A stretch of DNA of 61,904 bases from positions 1 to 61,904 of the forward strand of contig DATEMY010000434.1 in assembly GCA_035275345.1 (NCBI GenBank). Reading direction: 5' to 3'. The notes under the pieces are model-generated. The model had not been told where the DNA came from and searched no databases. It worked only from the letters and a program-made list of their open reading frames with translations. Shown piece after piece: positions 1 to 10,296 of the stretch. How positions within the stretch are numbered: position 1 is the stretch's first letter; each line of letters begins with the position of its first letter. Origin of the DNA: Blastocatellia bacterium. Its GTDB lineage: Bacteria > Acidobacteriota > Blastocatellia > RBC074. The translations under genes and the position numbers were made by a program.

Positions 1-571
1 AATTGGCCGAGCGCATGTCGGGGTTGAAGAGGACTTTGGGCCGCGCCTCGACGGGGAGCGTCCGCCTGGTCACGGAAACGCTCAGCGCCCGCTCCAGCGA
101 TTCGCTCAGCGCGATGGCGTTGGCGACGTTCATCGCTTCGCCGGCCACCGAGGATTCAGATCCGTCAATGAGGATCAGCGCGCTGGCCGTTTCACCCGCC
201 ATCAGCCTGCGCGAATAATCGGGAGGAATCTTGACGCCGACGCGCGCGCGCCCGGAGATAATCTCCCGGTTTAGCTCGTCATCCGAAGCTACGCTGCGGA
301 CGATCTGGAAGTCGTCGGAATTGACGAATCGGTCGAGCAGGCGGCGGCTCTCCTGAGTCCTTGCCGCGTCGTAAACTGCCGTCGGAATGTCGCGAACGTT
401 GGTGTTGATCGCGAAGCCGATCATGAATAACTGCATGGTCGGAATAAGGATGGTGAAAAAGAGCGCCATCGGATCGCGGCGGATGTGAATCGCTTCTTTG
501 CGCAACACCGGGAGCAGGCCGGTAAACGGATTGGATCGCCCATTGGTCGCGGTTGCGATTCGAGATTTCAT
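1..571 (-). CDS. ABC-2 type transporter permease (N-terminal part; runs off the window start)
   Basis: The minus-strand frame is open from the ATG at 569-571 to position 2. That ATG overlaps the ATPase stop as ATGA. Hand translation: [68 protein letters not shown]...[36 protein letters not shown], which is YbhS/YhhJ-like. It is absent from the ORF track because there is no stop codon inside the window. Confidence 0.75.
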   Translation of the reverse strand, partial: MKSRIATATNGRSNPFTGLLPVLRKEAIHIRRDPMALFFTILIPTMQLFMIGFAINTNVRDIPTAVYDAARTQESRRLLDRFVNSDDFQIVRSVASDDELNREIISGRARVGVKIPPDYSRRLMAGETASALILIDGSESSVAGEAMNVANAIALSESLERALSVSVTRRTLPVEARPKVLFNPDMRSAN

Positions 572-1512
572 AGCGTCTCCCTCAATGAATGCGTCATCGT
601 GACGAAAACATCTTCGAGCGATGGCGTAATTACCCTCAGTTCGGCGTCGAGGAATCCTTCAGTCTCCAGATCGGATTTGACCTGGTCGAGCGTGACGGCC
701 TCATCCATCAGCAGGTGGATCGACTGGCCGAAGATCGTCGCGTTTTGAACGTAAGGTTTGCTTTTGATCGTGGCCAGGGCGTTCGATGTGCGCTTGGTAT
801 CAATCTCGATGCGGCGAGCTCCTGGTGGATTGACTGCGGGAATCTCTTTCAGCTCGTCCGGCGTGCCGTATGCGATCAGCTTTGAAAGGTATATGTAACC
901 GACTCGCCCGCACCGTTCAGCCTCGTCCATGTAATGCGTCGTGACAAAAAAGGTCACGCCTTGTCCCGAAAGCTGAAAGAGCAGGTCCCATAGATCGCGC
1001 CGCGCCACAGGATCAATGCCCGCGGTCGGCTCGTCCAGGAACATCATCCGAGGCTCGTGGATGAACGCGCAGGCCAGCGCCAATCGCTGTTTCCATCCGC
1101 CCGACAGCTTTCCCGCGCGGCGGTCGAGGTAAGGTTCGAGATGGGTCAACGCGACGGCGTCGTCTTTCCGCCGCTGCAGGTAACCGCCGCGAAGCCCGTA
1201 CACTCCGGCGTAAAATTCGATGTTCTCCATTACGGTCAGGTCTTCATAGAGGCTGAACTTCTGCGACATATAGCCGACGCGCTGGCGAATTTGATCGGCC
1301 TCAGTCACGCAATCGAAGCCGAGCACCGAGCCTTTGCCTTCGGCCGGTTTGAGCAATCCGCACAGCGCTTTGATCAGCGTCGTCTTGCCCGAACCGTTCG
1401 GGCCCAGGAAGCCGAAGATTTCACCTTCTTCGACCGAGATGCTCACGTGGTCTACGGCGGTGAAATTACCGAACCGAACGGTGAGGTCTTGAGTGGTTAT
1501 GGCAGCGTTCAT
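568..1512 (-). CDS. ABC transporter ATP-binding protein
   Basis: Walker [13 protein letters not shown] signature LSGGWKQR and Walker B MMFLDEPT. Translationally coupled to the downstream ABC-2 permease. Confidence 0.95.
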   Translation of the reverse strand: MNAAITTQDLTVRFGNFTAVDHVSISVEEGEIFGFLGPNGSGKTTLIKALCGLLKPAEGKGSVLGFDCVTEADQIRQRVGYMSQKFSLYEDLTVMENIEFYAGVYGLRGGYLQRRKDDAVALTHLEPYLDRRAGKLSGGWKQRLALACAFIHEPRMMFLDEPTAGIDPVARRDLWDLLFQLSGQGVTFFVTTHYMDEAERCGRVGYIYLSKLIAYGTPDELKEIPAVNPPGARRIEIDTKRTSNALATIKSKPYVQNATIFGQSIHLLMDEAVTLDQVKSDLETEGFLDAELRVITPSLEDVFVTMTHSLRETL

Positions 1513-1530
1513 TTTACGAACTCATCAGAG

Positions 1531-1610
1531 AATCAACCACGAAGAAATGAAGGACACGAAGAAGAAACATAATAAAGACCATCGCGCTCTTCGTTTCTTA
1601 GTGGTTGATT
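1531..1610. repeat. Intercistronic inverted repeat (17-nt arms, 1 mismatch) between the HlyD and ATPase genes
   Basis: AATCAACCACGAAGAAA at 1531-1547 pairs with TTTCTTAGTGGTTGATT at 1594-1610. The loop carries further CACGAAGAA words. Confidence 0.6.
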
Positions 1611-1672
1611 TTCATTGTTTCATGGGATTGCCGGGCGACATCAGTTATCCCTCCCGGAATAGAATCCTTGGG

Positions 1673-2833
1673 CTACTTCTCCAGGGTCACATCCGCCGCC
1701 ATTCCCGGCTTCAGCAGCCCTTCGCGGTTGTCAATGCGTACTTTGACGCCGAAGACCAGGTGATTGCGTTCGCTGCGGCTCTGCACGTTGCGCGGAGTGA
1801 ATTCGCCTTGCGTATTGATCTGTTCGATCACGCCGTCGAACGAGCGGTCGGTGAAGGCATCGACTTTGATTTTTGCCTTCTGGCCGACTTTGATCAGACC
1901 GAGCTGCGGTTCAGGGACGAAGATGCGGACGTAAATTTGATCTTTTTCGAGCAGCCGCGCGATGGTCTGGTTGGGCGTGATCAGATCGCCGGGACGAACC
2001 GGCAGGACTTCCACAATGGAGTTCGCGGGCGATTTGACTTCGCCTTCGGCGACCTGGACTTTGATCTCTTCCAGCCTGGCTTTCGCCTCGGCCAGTTGGG
2101 CGCGGGCGTCGGCGATCTCTTCGGCGCGTGGGCCTGCGATGACGAGCCTTTCCGACTCCTGAGCCTGCCGGAAGCGTTCCTCCGCCGCCCGTATATCTTC
2201 TTTTCGGCTGCCGTTGAGCAGGAGGTCCAGACGTTTCTTTTCGGCGTCGCGCTTCGCCCGCGCGTTGTCCAGTCGGAATTTCGCCGCGTCTAATTCCTGT
2301 TGTGAAGTGTCACCTGTCGAGAAGAGCTTGCGGATGCGCTGGAACGACACTTCGGCGTTGTTGACATCGGCCTCGGCGGCGGCCAGCGCGGCGCGAGATT
2401 GTTCGATTTCTTCCGGGCGTGGCCAGTTGCGAACCCCTTCCAGGTTGGCGCGGGCGGTTTCAGTCGCGGCGCTGGCTTGCGCCTTCTCTTCGGGCCTCGA
2501 TCCCCGTTGCAGCCGGTCGAGCCTGGCCTGTTGCTGCGCGACCTTCGCCTCGGCCTGCGATCGCTGCGCTTCCACCCCGGCGATGTCGAAACGGACGATC
2601 GTTTGTCCGGCCTGTGTCTCCTGCCCTTCCAGGACAAGCGCTTCCTTGACTCTTCCTCCCAACTTCGACCCGACGCGAATCTCGCGCGTCTCAATCGTTC
2701 CGGAAAAGAGCAGCGGATCTTCTTTCCTGAATCCGATGCCGCCATTCGCGCAACTGACGCAAAAGATCGCGGCGCAGGCCAGAACCGGCAGGGACGCCCA
2801 GGTCGTCATATTTCTTTTGGCAAGCTTTTTCAT
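1673..2833 (-). CDS. HlyD-family periplasmic adaptor / secretion protein
   Basis: N-terminal signal/lipobox-like segment, a long Ala/Glu/Arg-rich coiled-coil hairpin, and a C-terminal beta-barrel region ([11 protein letters not shown]...[10 protein letters not shown]). First gene of the operon with the ABC ATPase and permease. Confidence 0.9.
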   Translation of the reverse strand: MKKLAKRNMTTWASLPVLACAAIFCVSCANGGIGFRKEDPLLFSGTIETREIRVGSKLGGRVKEALVLEGQETQAGQTIVRFDIAGVEAQRSQAEAKVAQQQARLDRLQRGSRPEEKAQASAATETARANLEGVRNWPRPEEIEQSRAALAAAEADVNNAEVSFQRIRKLFSTGDTSQQELDAAKFRLDNARAKRDAEKKRLDLLLNGSRKEDIRAAEERFRQAQESERLVIAGPRAEEIADARAQLAEAKARLEEIKVQVAEGEVKSPANSIVEVLPVRPGDLITPNQTIARLLEKDQIYVRIFVPEPQLGLIKVGQKAKIKVDAFTDRSFDGVIEQINTQGEFTPRNVQSRSERNHLVFGVKVRIDNREGLLKPGMAADVTLEK

Positions 2834-2950
2834 AAATGAGTCTCCGGATCAGCCAGTTCACAATGTAAGTAAGCACTTACATATACACGATCACTACGAC
2901 GCGGCGCAAGGCAGCGAGGTTCGAGAGGGCGGGCTGTGGACTTCAAAAGA

Positions 2951-3072
<122 letters not shown>

Positions 3073-3080
3073 TCGATTTT

Positions 3081-3185
3081 GGGATTAGGCATTCCCAGAA
3101 TCGGACGTTCAGCTAAAAGTTTCAATCATCGCGTCCAATAGATTCAGGCATTTAATCGGCCTTCCATATGGCACATGGATTGGTA
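3081..3185 (+). promoter_or_regulatory. Sigma-54-like -24/-12 element with upstream inverted-repeat site (candidate UAS)
   Basis: TGGCACATGGATTGGTAA at 3169-3185 (TGGCAC-N5-TTGGT). GGGATTAGGCATTCCC at 3081-3096. The same module occurs at three other ADOP loci. Confidence 0.5.
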
Positions 3186-3308
3186 ATTGTCGGGTAAGTG
3201 ATTCTGCGCATATGCAGTATGGCGAGCGTCGCCAGCGGTTGGCTGATGAGACTGCCGCTTGCGGCGCTGTACCAACCTCGTGATTTCTGATTTGGATAGG
3301 GGGAACTG

Positions 3309-5699
3309 ATGGGACAATTGCTTCAGGACTTGCGGTATGGGTGGCGAATGCTGATCAGACATCGAGCGGTAACGGCGATCGCCATCATTACACTCGCGAT
3401 GGGCATCGGCGCGAACACGGCGATTTTCACTATCGTCAACGCCGTACTATTGCGGCCTTTGCCATATCAAGAGCCGGAGCGGTTGGTTTCTTTCCGCTCG
3501 AACCAGTCCGTTCTTGATGTAACCGACGTCAAAGCCTGGAGCCAGTCGTTCGCCGAGATCGGTGGGAACACGCAGCAACCGCTCGATTACACAGGCAGCG
3601 GCGAGCCGTTGCAGTGGACCGCCGGTCTAGTGACCGGAGGGTTCTTCCGAACGCTTGGCGCGCAGCCGCTGTTGGGTCGAGTGATCACGGAAGAGGATGA
3701 CAAACAAGGAGGGACTTTCGTCGTCGTGCTGGGGCATGCGCTGTGGCGCCGGCAATTCGGCGGCGACCCCGGCGTCGTCGGCAAGACCATCACACTGAGC
3801 GGAAACAGTTACACCGTGGTTGGAGTGATGCCGGCCGATTTCAAAGCGCCGCGCGGCGAAACAGAAGTGTGGGCGCCGGTCCACGTCGTCAGCCCGATTG
3901 CCGCCGCGTACCGCGGCGTTCACTTCCTGCAAACCTACGCGCGGCTGAAGCCCGGCGTGACGATCGAGCAGGCGCAAAACGAAATGGTCGCGGTTGACAG
4001 GCGGATGGCCGAGGCCTTCCCCGCGGAGAACCGGCGCAGGCAGACGGCGTTGATACCGCTGCACGATCGCGTCGTCGGGCAGGTCAGACCCGCTCTGCTG
4101 GTGTTCTTTGGCGCTGTCGGCCTGGTGCTGCTGATCGCCTGCGTCAACTTCGCGAATTTGTTGTTGGCGCGCGCGGCGGCGCGGGGACAGGAGCTGGTCG
4201 TGCGCGCGGCGCTGGGCGCCGGTCGGGGCCGGCTGACGCGGCAGTTGCTGACGGAGAGCGTTCTGATATCGCTGCTCGGCGGAGCGGCCGGCGTCGCTCT
4301 CGCCGTCTGGGGGGTTGAGCTGCTCGTCGCGATGAAACCCGCGAACTTACCGCGGCTCGAGACCATCGGCGTGGACGCGCGCGCGTTGCTTTTCACTCTG
4401 GCGGTCTCGGTATTGACCGGGGTCGTCTTCGGCCTGGCCCCGGCCTGGCAGGCGACGCGCGTCAACGTGAACGATTCGCTGAAGGAGGGAGGGCGCGGGG
4501 AAGCTGGCGGCGCAAAACATCGGCTGCGCAGCGCGCTGGTGGTCGTTGAGATGGCGATGGCGCTGGTCCTGCTCTCCGGCGCGGGATTGTTGATCAAAAG
4601 CTTCTGGCAATTGGGCGCCGTCCAGCCTGGTTTCAATCCTGACAACCTGCTGACGATGCGGGTCGAACTGCCGGAGTCGCGTTACCGCCAGATGCCGGAG
4701 CAGACGCGATATCGCCGGGCGCTGCTTGAGGAAGTCGGCTCGTTGCCGGGAGCGCGGGCCGCGCTGGTCAGCGAGACTCCGATGAGCGGCGACTGGCTGA
4801 CGCACGACTTTACGGTCGAAGGGCAGCAGCTGGCCGCGGGCGAAGAGCCTGATGTTCAAACGATCAGCGTCGAGGGCGATTATCTCAGCGTCATGCAGAT
4901 CCCCTTGCTCTCAGGGCGAGATTTCACGTCGCAGGACAACGAGAACGCGCCACTGGTCGGAATTGTCAACCAGAGTCTGGCGCGACGCTTTTTCAGGGAA
5001 GAGAACCCGCTCGGCAAGCGCGTCCGCTGGGCGCGCGACGAGCAGGTGAACTGGATCACGATCATCGGCGTCGCCGGCGACATCAAACATTTCGGACTGG
5101 ATGCGCCTGAGCAGCCGGCGCTCTACACGCCATATCCGCAGTCCGGGCGAGCCTGGAAACGGTGGATGAATCTGGTCGTCCGCAGCGAGGGCGACCCGGC
5201 GGCGCTCACGCAGTCGGTCAAAAGCCGCGTCTGGCGGGTTGATGGGCAGATTCCCGTGACCAGGGCGAGGACGATGATCGAAGTGATGGGCGCGTCGGTC
5301 GAGGAGCGGCGCTTCAACATGCTTCTGTTAGGCGTCTTCGCGGCGGTGGCCATGCTGCTGGCGGCCGTGGGCATTTACGGGGTGATGTCTTACGCGGTCA
5401 CCCAGCGAACGCGCGAAATCGGCTTACGGATCGCCCTTGGAGCTCGCCCGCGCGATGTGATCGGAAAGGTTGTGGGACGAGGGATGTTATTGACCTCGAT
5501 CGGCGCTGCGGCGGGTGTGGCGTTGTCGTTGGCGTTGACCAGCTTGATGTCCGGCATGCTTTTCGGCGTGGGAGCCAGAGATCCGTTGACCCTCGCGCTC
5601 GTGTCGTTGTTATTGTTCGGGGTGGCTCTGCTGGCGTGTTATGTGCCCGCGCGGCGGGCGGCGAAGGTAGACCCGATGGTGGCGTTAAGGCGCCAATAA
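3309..5699 (+). CDS. ADOP-family duplicated MacB/FtsX-type permease
   Basis: N-terminal [12 protein letters not shown] signature, two FtsX-type permease halves and a C-terminal [19 protein letters not shown] tail. Confidence 0.95.
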   Translation: MGQLLQDLRYGWRMLIRHRAVTAIAIITLAMGIGANTAIFTIVNAVLLRPLPYQEPERLVSFRSNQSVLDVTDVKAWSQSFAEIGGNTQQPLDYTGSGEPLQWTAGLVTGGFFRTLGAQPLLGRVITEEDDKQGGTFVVVLGHALWRRQFGGDPGVVGKTITLSGNSYTVVGVMPADFKAPRGETEVWAPVHVVSPIAAAYRGVHFLQTYARLKPGVTIEQAQNEMVAVDRRMAEAFPAENRRRQTALIPLHDRVVGQVRPALLVFFGAVGLVLLIACVNFANLLLARAAARGQELVVRAALGAGRGRLTRQLLTESVLISLLGGAAGVALAVWGVELLVAMKPANLPRLETIGVDARALLFTLAVSVLTGVVFGLAPAWQATRVNVNDSLKEGGRGEAGGAKHRLRSALVVVEMAMALVLLSGAGLLIKSFWQLGAVQPGFNPDNLLTMRVELPESRYRQMPEQTRYRRALLEEVGSLPGARAALVSETPMSGDWLTHDFTVEGQQLAAGEEPDVQTISVEGDYLSVMQIPLLSGRDFTSQDNENAPLVGIVNQSLARRFFREENPLGKRVRWARDEQVNWITIIGVAGDIKHFGLDAPEQPALYTPYPQSGRAWKRWMNLVVRSEGDPAALTQSVKSRVWRVDGQIPVTRARTMIEVMGASVEERRFNMLLLGVFAAVAMLLAAVGIYGVMSYAVTQRTREIGLRIALGARPRDVIGKVVGRGMLLTSIGAAAGVALSLALTSLMSGMLFGVGARDPLTLALVSLLLFGVALLACYVPARRAAKVDPMVALRRQ

Positions 5700-5713
5700 T
5701 AAGGCGCGAATAA

Positions 5714-8140
5714 ATGGAGGCGAGGATGAACAATCTGCTACAGGATCTGAGGTACGGTTTTCGACTGTTGGTCAACAAGCCCGCATTCACGTTGGTCGCC
5801 GGTTTGACGCTGGCGTTGGGAATCGGCGCGAACACGGCGATCTTCAGCGTAGTCAATTCAGTGCTGTTGCGCCCGCTGCCTTATCCGGGCGCCGAGCGGC
5901 TGATGACCATCTGGGAAGATCACCGGGCGAGCAATGGGCCGGAGACTGAATGGACTTCACCTCCGGGCTTTGAAGATTGGCGTGATCAGGCGAAATCCTT
6001 CGACCACGTCGTGGCGCTGCAGAACTGGCAGCCGACGCTGACCGGACAAGGCGAGCCTGAGCGATTGATCGGCGCCCAGGTTTCTCACGACACATTCGCG
6101 ACGCTCGGCGTCACGCCTATGCTGGGCCGCGCGTTTCGTCCGGAAGAAGATCAGCGAGGCGTTGAGAGCGTCGTCATCATTAGTCACGGTCTGTGGCGGC
6201 GGCGTTTCGGCGCGGACCCATCATTGGTAGGTAAGAGGGTTTCGCTCAATGGCGAGAGCCGAATGGTAATCGGCGTCATGCCTGCGGGCTTCAACTTTCC
6301 GATCATCGCCAACGCCGATATCTGGCGGCCGATCCAGCCCATCCTCGGCCCCGGATGCCAGAGAGGATGCATCACAGTCAGAGTGATGGCGCGGCTGAAG
6401 CCCGATGTGACCGAGGCGCAGGCGCGCGCCGAGCTGAAAACCATCGCCGCGCGAATCGAACAGCAGTTTCCCGATACGAACACGAAGGTCGGAGTGACGC
6501 TCATTCCGCTACACGAATTTCTGGTCGGCCGAGTGAAAACGCAAATACTGGCGCTGCTCGTCGCCGTCGGCTTCGTGCTTTTGATCGCCTGCGCTAATGT
6601 CTCAAATCTGCTGCTGGCGCGGTCGGCGACGCGCGAGAAGGAGATCGCCATCAGGGCTTCGCTCGGCGCGGGGCGATGGCGCATCGCGCGGCAGTTATTG
6701 TCGGAAAGCCTGCTGCTGGCGATGATCGGTGGAGCGTTTGGGGTATTGCTGTCGTACGGGCTCGTTGACCTGCTCGTCAGTTTCAGCCCGCAGGGTACGC
6801 CGCGTCTGGACGAGATCGGGATAGACCGGCGCGCGTTGGGTTACACAATGGCGATCACGGCGCTGACCGGGTTGTTGTTCGGCGCGGCCCCGGTCTGGCA
6901 GCTTTTTAAATCCGACCTCAGCCAGTCGCTCCGCGACGGCGGCAAAGGCGTGCAGGTTGCGATTAGCGGACGCCGCGCGCTGAGAGGGTTGGTGGTTGCT
7001 GAGACGGCGCTGGCGTTGACTCTGCTTGTCGGGGCCGGGCTGCTGATCAGAAGCTTCATCCGGCTTCAGCGCGTCGACCCGGGCTTCAACCCTCGCAATA
7101 CGCTGACCGCCGTCATGACATTGCCGCTGGCGGTTTATAACGATTCTCAGGTCAGGGATTTCTACAGCCAACTCCTGGAACGCGTTAAGACGTTGCCTGG
7201 CGTGCAAGCGGCCGCAGCGGTTTCGTCGCTTCCGCTCGCGGGCAGCGACACGGACGTCGGGTTCTTGATCGAAGGCCGTCCGGCGCCGCAGCCCGATCAA
7301 CGGCCGGTGGCGTGGATCAGCTCCGTGAGTCCCGACTATTTCCACGCGATGGGAATGCGGCTTGTCGCGGGGCGCGAGTTCAACGAACGCGACAACGAGA
7401 ATGCGCCCAACGTCGTCATCATCAGCGAGGCGACCGCGCGCCGCCACTTCCCGAACGGAGACGCGATCGGCAAGCGCATCGGCAACGGGCGCCCTGATGG
7501 CTGGCGTGAGATAGTCGGCGTAACGGCGGACGTCAAGCATTTCGGCCTTAAACAGGACGCGCGCGTGTCAATGTTCTTTCCCCACCGCCAGCGGCCGGCG
7601 CGGCAAATGTTCGTTGTCGCCCGCACGGCGTCGGACCCCATGAGCCAGGTCGCGGCGCTCCGCGGAGCGGTCGCCGCGATGGATAAAAACCTGGCCGTCT
7701 CGAGCATCAGATCGATGGAAGAGATTACGGCGCAATCGATCGGGCAGGAGAGGTTCACGCTGTTATTGCTGGGCGTATTTTCGGCGCTCGCGCTGCTGCT
7801 CGCGGTCGCGGGCGTTTACGGCGTGATGTCTTACGCCGTCGCGCAACGGACGTATGAGATCGGCGTTCGCATGACGCTGGGAGCGCAGACCCGCGACGTG
7901 TTGAAGCTGATCGTAGCCCAGGGAATGACTCTAGTGCTGGCGGGCGTGGGGATCGGGCTGGCGTCGGCCTACGCGCTGACCAGATTCATCAGGGGATTGC
8001 TCTTCGGCGTGAGCGCGACCGATCCGATGACGTTCGCCGGCGTGGCGGCGCTGCTGGCGCTGGTCGCGCTGGTCGCTTGTTATGTTCCGGCTCGCCGCGC
8101 GTCGAAGGTGGATCCGATGGTCGCATTGCGGCGCGATTAA
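5714..8140 (+). CDS. ADOP-family duplicated MacB/FtsX-type permease
   Basis: [14 protein letters not shown] signature and a [19 protein letters not shown] tail. The ATG at 5726 is preceded by GGAGG and is the more likely start. Confidence 0.95.
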   Translation: MEARMNNLLQDLRYGFRLLVNKPAFTLVAGLTLALGIGANTAIFSVVNSVLLRPLPYPGAERLMTIWEDHRASNGPETEWTSPPGFEDWRDQAKSFDHVVALQNWQPTLTGQGEPERLIGAQVSHDTFATLGVTPMLGRAFRPEEDQRGVESVVIISHGLWRRRFGADPSLVGKRVSLNGESRMVIGVMPAGFNFPIIANADIWRPIQPILGPGCQRGCITVRVMARLKPDVTEAQARAELKTIAARIEQQFPDTNTKVGVTLIPLHEFLVGRVKTQILALLVAVGFVLLIACANVSNLLLARSATREKEIAIRASLGAGRWRIARQLLSESLLLAMIGGAFGVLLSYGLVDLLVSFSPQGTPRLDEIGIDRRALGYTMAITALTGLLFGAAPVWQLFKSDLSQSLRDGGKGVQVAISGRRALRGLVVAETALALTLLVGAGLLIRSFIRLQRVDPGFNPRNTLTAVMTLPLAVYNDSQVRDFYSQLLERVKTLPGVQAAAAVSSLPLAGSDTDVGFLIEGRPAPQPDQRPVAWISSVSPDYFHAMGMRLVAGREFNERDNENAPNVVIISEATARRHFPNGDAIGKRIGNGRPDGWREIVGVTADVKHFGLKQDARVSMFFPHRQRPARQMFVVARTASDPMSQVAALRGAVAAMDKNLAVSSIRSMEEITAQSIGQERFTLLLLGVFSALALLLAVAGVYGVMSYAVAQRTYEIGVRMTLGAQTRDVLKLIVAQGMTLVLAGVGIGLASAYALTRFIRGLLFGVSATDPMTFAGVAALLALVALVACYVPARRASKVDPMVALRRD

Positions 8141-8289
8141 GGGATAGTAGTGAGGATGAAAGGTCACGCCGGAGGGTTAGCGCAGGGTGGCTCAGACGTT
8201 ATTTCGCATCAGTCTCACCTACGTAGCGCTTGAGCCAGTATGCCCGCATTGAAGCCTCGTCTGCGATGTATCAGATAACTTGGGCATTT

Positions 8290-9789
8290 CTATTGAACCT
8301 GCAGCATCGCCGTCGTGTTCCTCTTTGGCACATGCCCGACCGGGATGCGGGTTACTTCTTTCATCGTTTTGATGTCTACCACAGACACGGAGTTCGATCC
8401 GGCGTTGGCCACGTAAGCGGTTTTGCTGTCGGGGGTGAGCGTCACCCAGTCGGGCGCCGCTCCCACGTCAGCGCCGCCCAAAAGCTTTAAGTCTGGGAGC
8501 GAGTACGCATAGAGCGCGCTATTCTGCCTGCTGGTGACGACCAGTGTCTTGCCATCGGCGGTGACGGCCATGCCATGGGAGATGTTTCCGCCTTCGTGAA
8601 TCTCAACTTTCCCGGGCGGCAAATGCGGAAGCTTGATCCGCGTGATCTCCTTGTGGGTTTGAAAATCCAACGCCGCGAACCCATGAAAATCGGACAACTG
8701 GAAGAATATTCGTTTGGTCGAGCCGTCGGCGTTCTGCTCGAAGGCCATTGGACGAACGCCCAGATCGAACTCCACCGACCACACAGGCTGCTCGGTCTGC
8801 GCATCAATCACGGTCATAATCTTCCCGACGATGGAGCCGGCGACCACGTACTTGCCGTCCGGCGTGACATAGGTGTTGTGCACGCCGCCTTTCGCCGGGA
8901 TGGTCTTGACTCGCTCTTGAGACGCCGTATCAATGACATCTACCGCGCCCGGCGCCTGGACGATCGCCACGTATACTCGCCGCCCATCGCGACTGATCGC
9001 GATATTGTTGGGACGGCCACTGAGCGGGACCCGTTTGGTCACCTGCAGCGTCCTCGCGTCAACGATGTCCAGCGTCTCAAGCGCCTCATCACTGAAGTAC
9101 ATTCGGCTTCCGTCCGGCGCCGCAGCGGCTCCATGGTTGGCTTCGATGTCCTTGATTTCCCCCACCACCTTGTTCGTGACGGGATCAATGAGGTGGACGT
9201 TGTCTCCGGCGCTGTTGGTCTGAATGATCCGGAGTTTAGTGTATGTGTCGGCCTTTGCCCCAAGCACCCAGGCAGCGAGCGTTCGCCACTCCGGGGCATT
9301 TTTGGAGTCCCAGTGTTTGCCGCCGGCGTGGAATTCGTCGCCGCCCGCCTCGGCCGCCAACAGGTGGATGAGCAGTTTGCTCTGCAGGTTGCCGGGAATC
9401 ACCCTCTGACGGACGATGTCAAAGTTCTGGCGGGATTGGTCTTCATCCCAGGCGTCGCTTCCGGGCGAGAGTGGCCTCAGGCGCATGGGAGTACTCGTAA
9501 TATGGCAACCGACGCAGCGGGCGTGACCCGGCCGCTTCGCCAGAAAGATGGGTTGTACCTGCGTTTTGAAAAACTCGAAATCCAACTGCGCCGACGCGGT
9601 CATCGGCGAAGGCGATTGCTGGACTGCGAACCCAATCGTCGTCAAGACCCAGGCGCCTGTCGCCAGAAACAGAAATCCTCGCCAGTTGAGAATCTTTGTT
9701 AGACACATAAATCCCCCCCGTGAGTCGCCGTTGCGGCTCTTTTGCTGTTGAGCGTATTGGCCGGGCGCTACTTTGCGAGTGATCTGCAT
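8290..9789 (-). CDS. Secreted cytochrome c (CxxCH) domain fused to a YVTN-type beta-propeller
   Basis: FFKTQVQPIFLAKRPGHARCVGCH heme-binding motif of PSCyt type, followed by repeated YVANAGSNSVSVVD / RVYVAIVQAPGAVDVID blades. The true start may be the internal Met at 9708, just before the hydrophobic signal segment. Confidence 0.8.
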   Translation of the reverse strand: MQITRKVAPGQYAQQQKSRNGDSRGGFMCLTKILNWRGFLFLATGAWVLTTIGFAVQQSPSPMTASAQLDFEFFKTQVQPIFLAKRPGHARCVGCHITSTPMRLRPLSPGSDAWDEDQSRQNFDIVRQRVIPGNLQSKLLIHLLAAEAGGDEFHAGGKHWDSKNAPEWRTLAAWVLGAKADTYTKLRIIQTNSAGDNVHLIDPVTNKVVGEIKDIEANHGAAAAPDGSRMYFSDEALETLDIVDARTLQVTKRVPLSGRPNNIAISRDGRRVYVAIVQAPGAVDVIDTASQERVKTIPAKGGVHNTYVTPDGKYVVAGSIVGKIMTVIDAQTEQPVWSVEFDLGVRPMAFEQNADGSTKRIFFQLSDFHGFAALDFQTHKEITRIKLPHLPPGKVEIHEGGNISHGMAVTADGKTLVVTSRQNSALYAYSLPDLKLLGGADVGAAPDWVTLTPDSKTAYVANAGSNSVSVVDIKTMKEVTRIPVGHVPKRNTTAMLQVQ

Positions 9790-10058
9790 GGCCGTGATCT
9801 CCTCTTACAAGGCAAAATGTTTGCAGAGCCGGTATTATTGAATCGTGTGAATGCGAGATGGCGCGGAGTATACGAGAGGCTCAGCATGCATGCAAAGGTT
9901 TTGCTCGCTCAACGGGCAGGTTTCATAGACCGCCATAAGTAGATAACAGTTTTTTCAAGGCAAAAGGTCAAAGGTTTGAAAGGCGCCAGGTCCTTTGACC
10001 TTATTGACCCTTTGACCATTTGCGTTAAAAAGTCTCCTCATAGCGAGTGCTCGAAACT

Positions 10059-10177
10059 GGGATTGCGCAGTCCCGGAAGCGCACACCACAGGCCGCTCCA
10101 CTGCCTGCCTTTAACGCGCCAAACCATAAGAGACTAACGGGTTAGTGTTTTCCTCCGGCTGGCACGCGGTTTGGTTA
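10059..10177 (+). promoter_or_regulatory. Sigma-54-like -24/-12 element with upstream inverted-repeat site
   Basis: TGGCACGCGGTTTGGTTA at 10160-10177. GGGATTGCGCAGTCCC at 10059-10074, which is 101 nt upstream of the TGGCAC. It is followed by GGAAGCGCACAC, which is shared with the 25094 locus. Confidence 0.6.
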
Positions 10178-10296
10178 TCCATTCGCAGGATGGGTAACAT
10201 ACTTAGCGGAAGTGTGTACATCAGCGAGCCGTTTTGGATCGGCATTTGAGATGCGTCTGGTCTCAAAGCCGGGAGAAGCAATGAAGGGGATTAATT

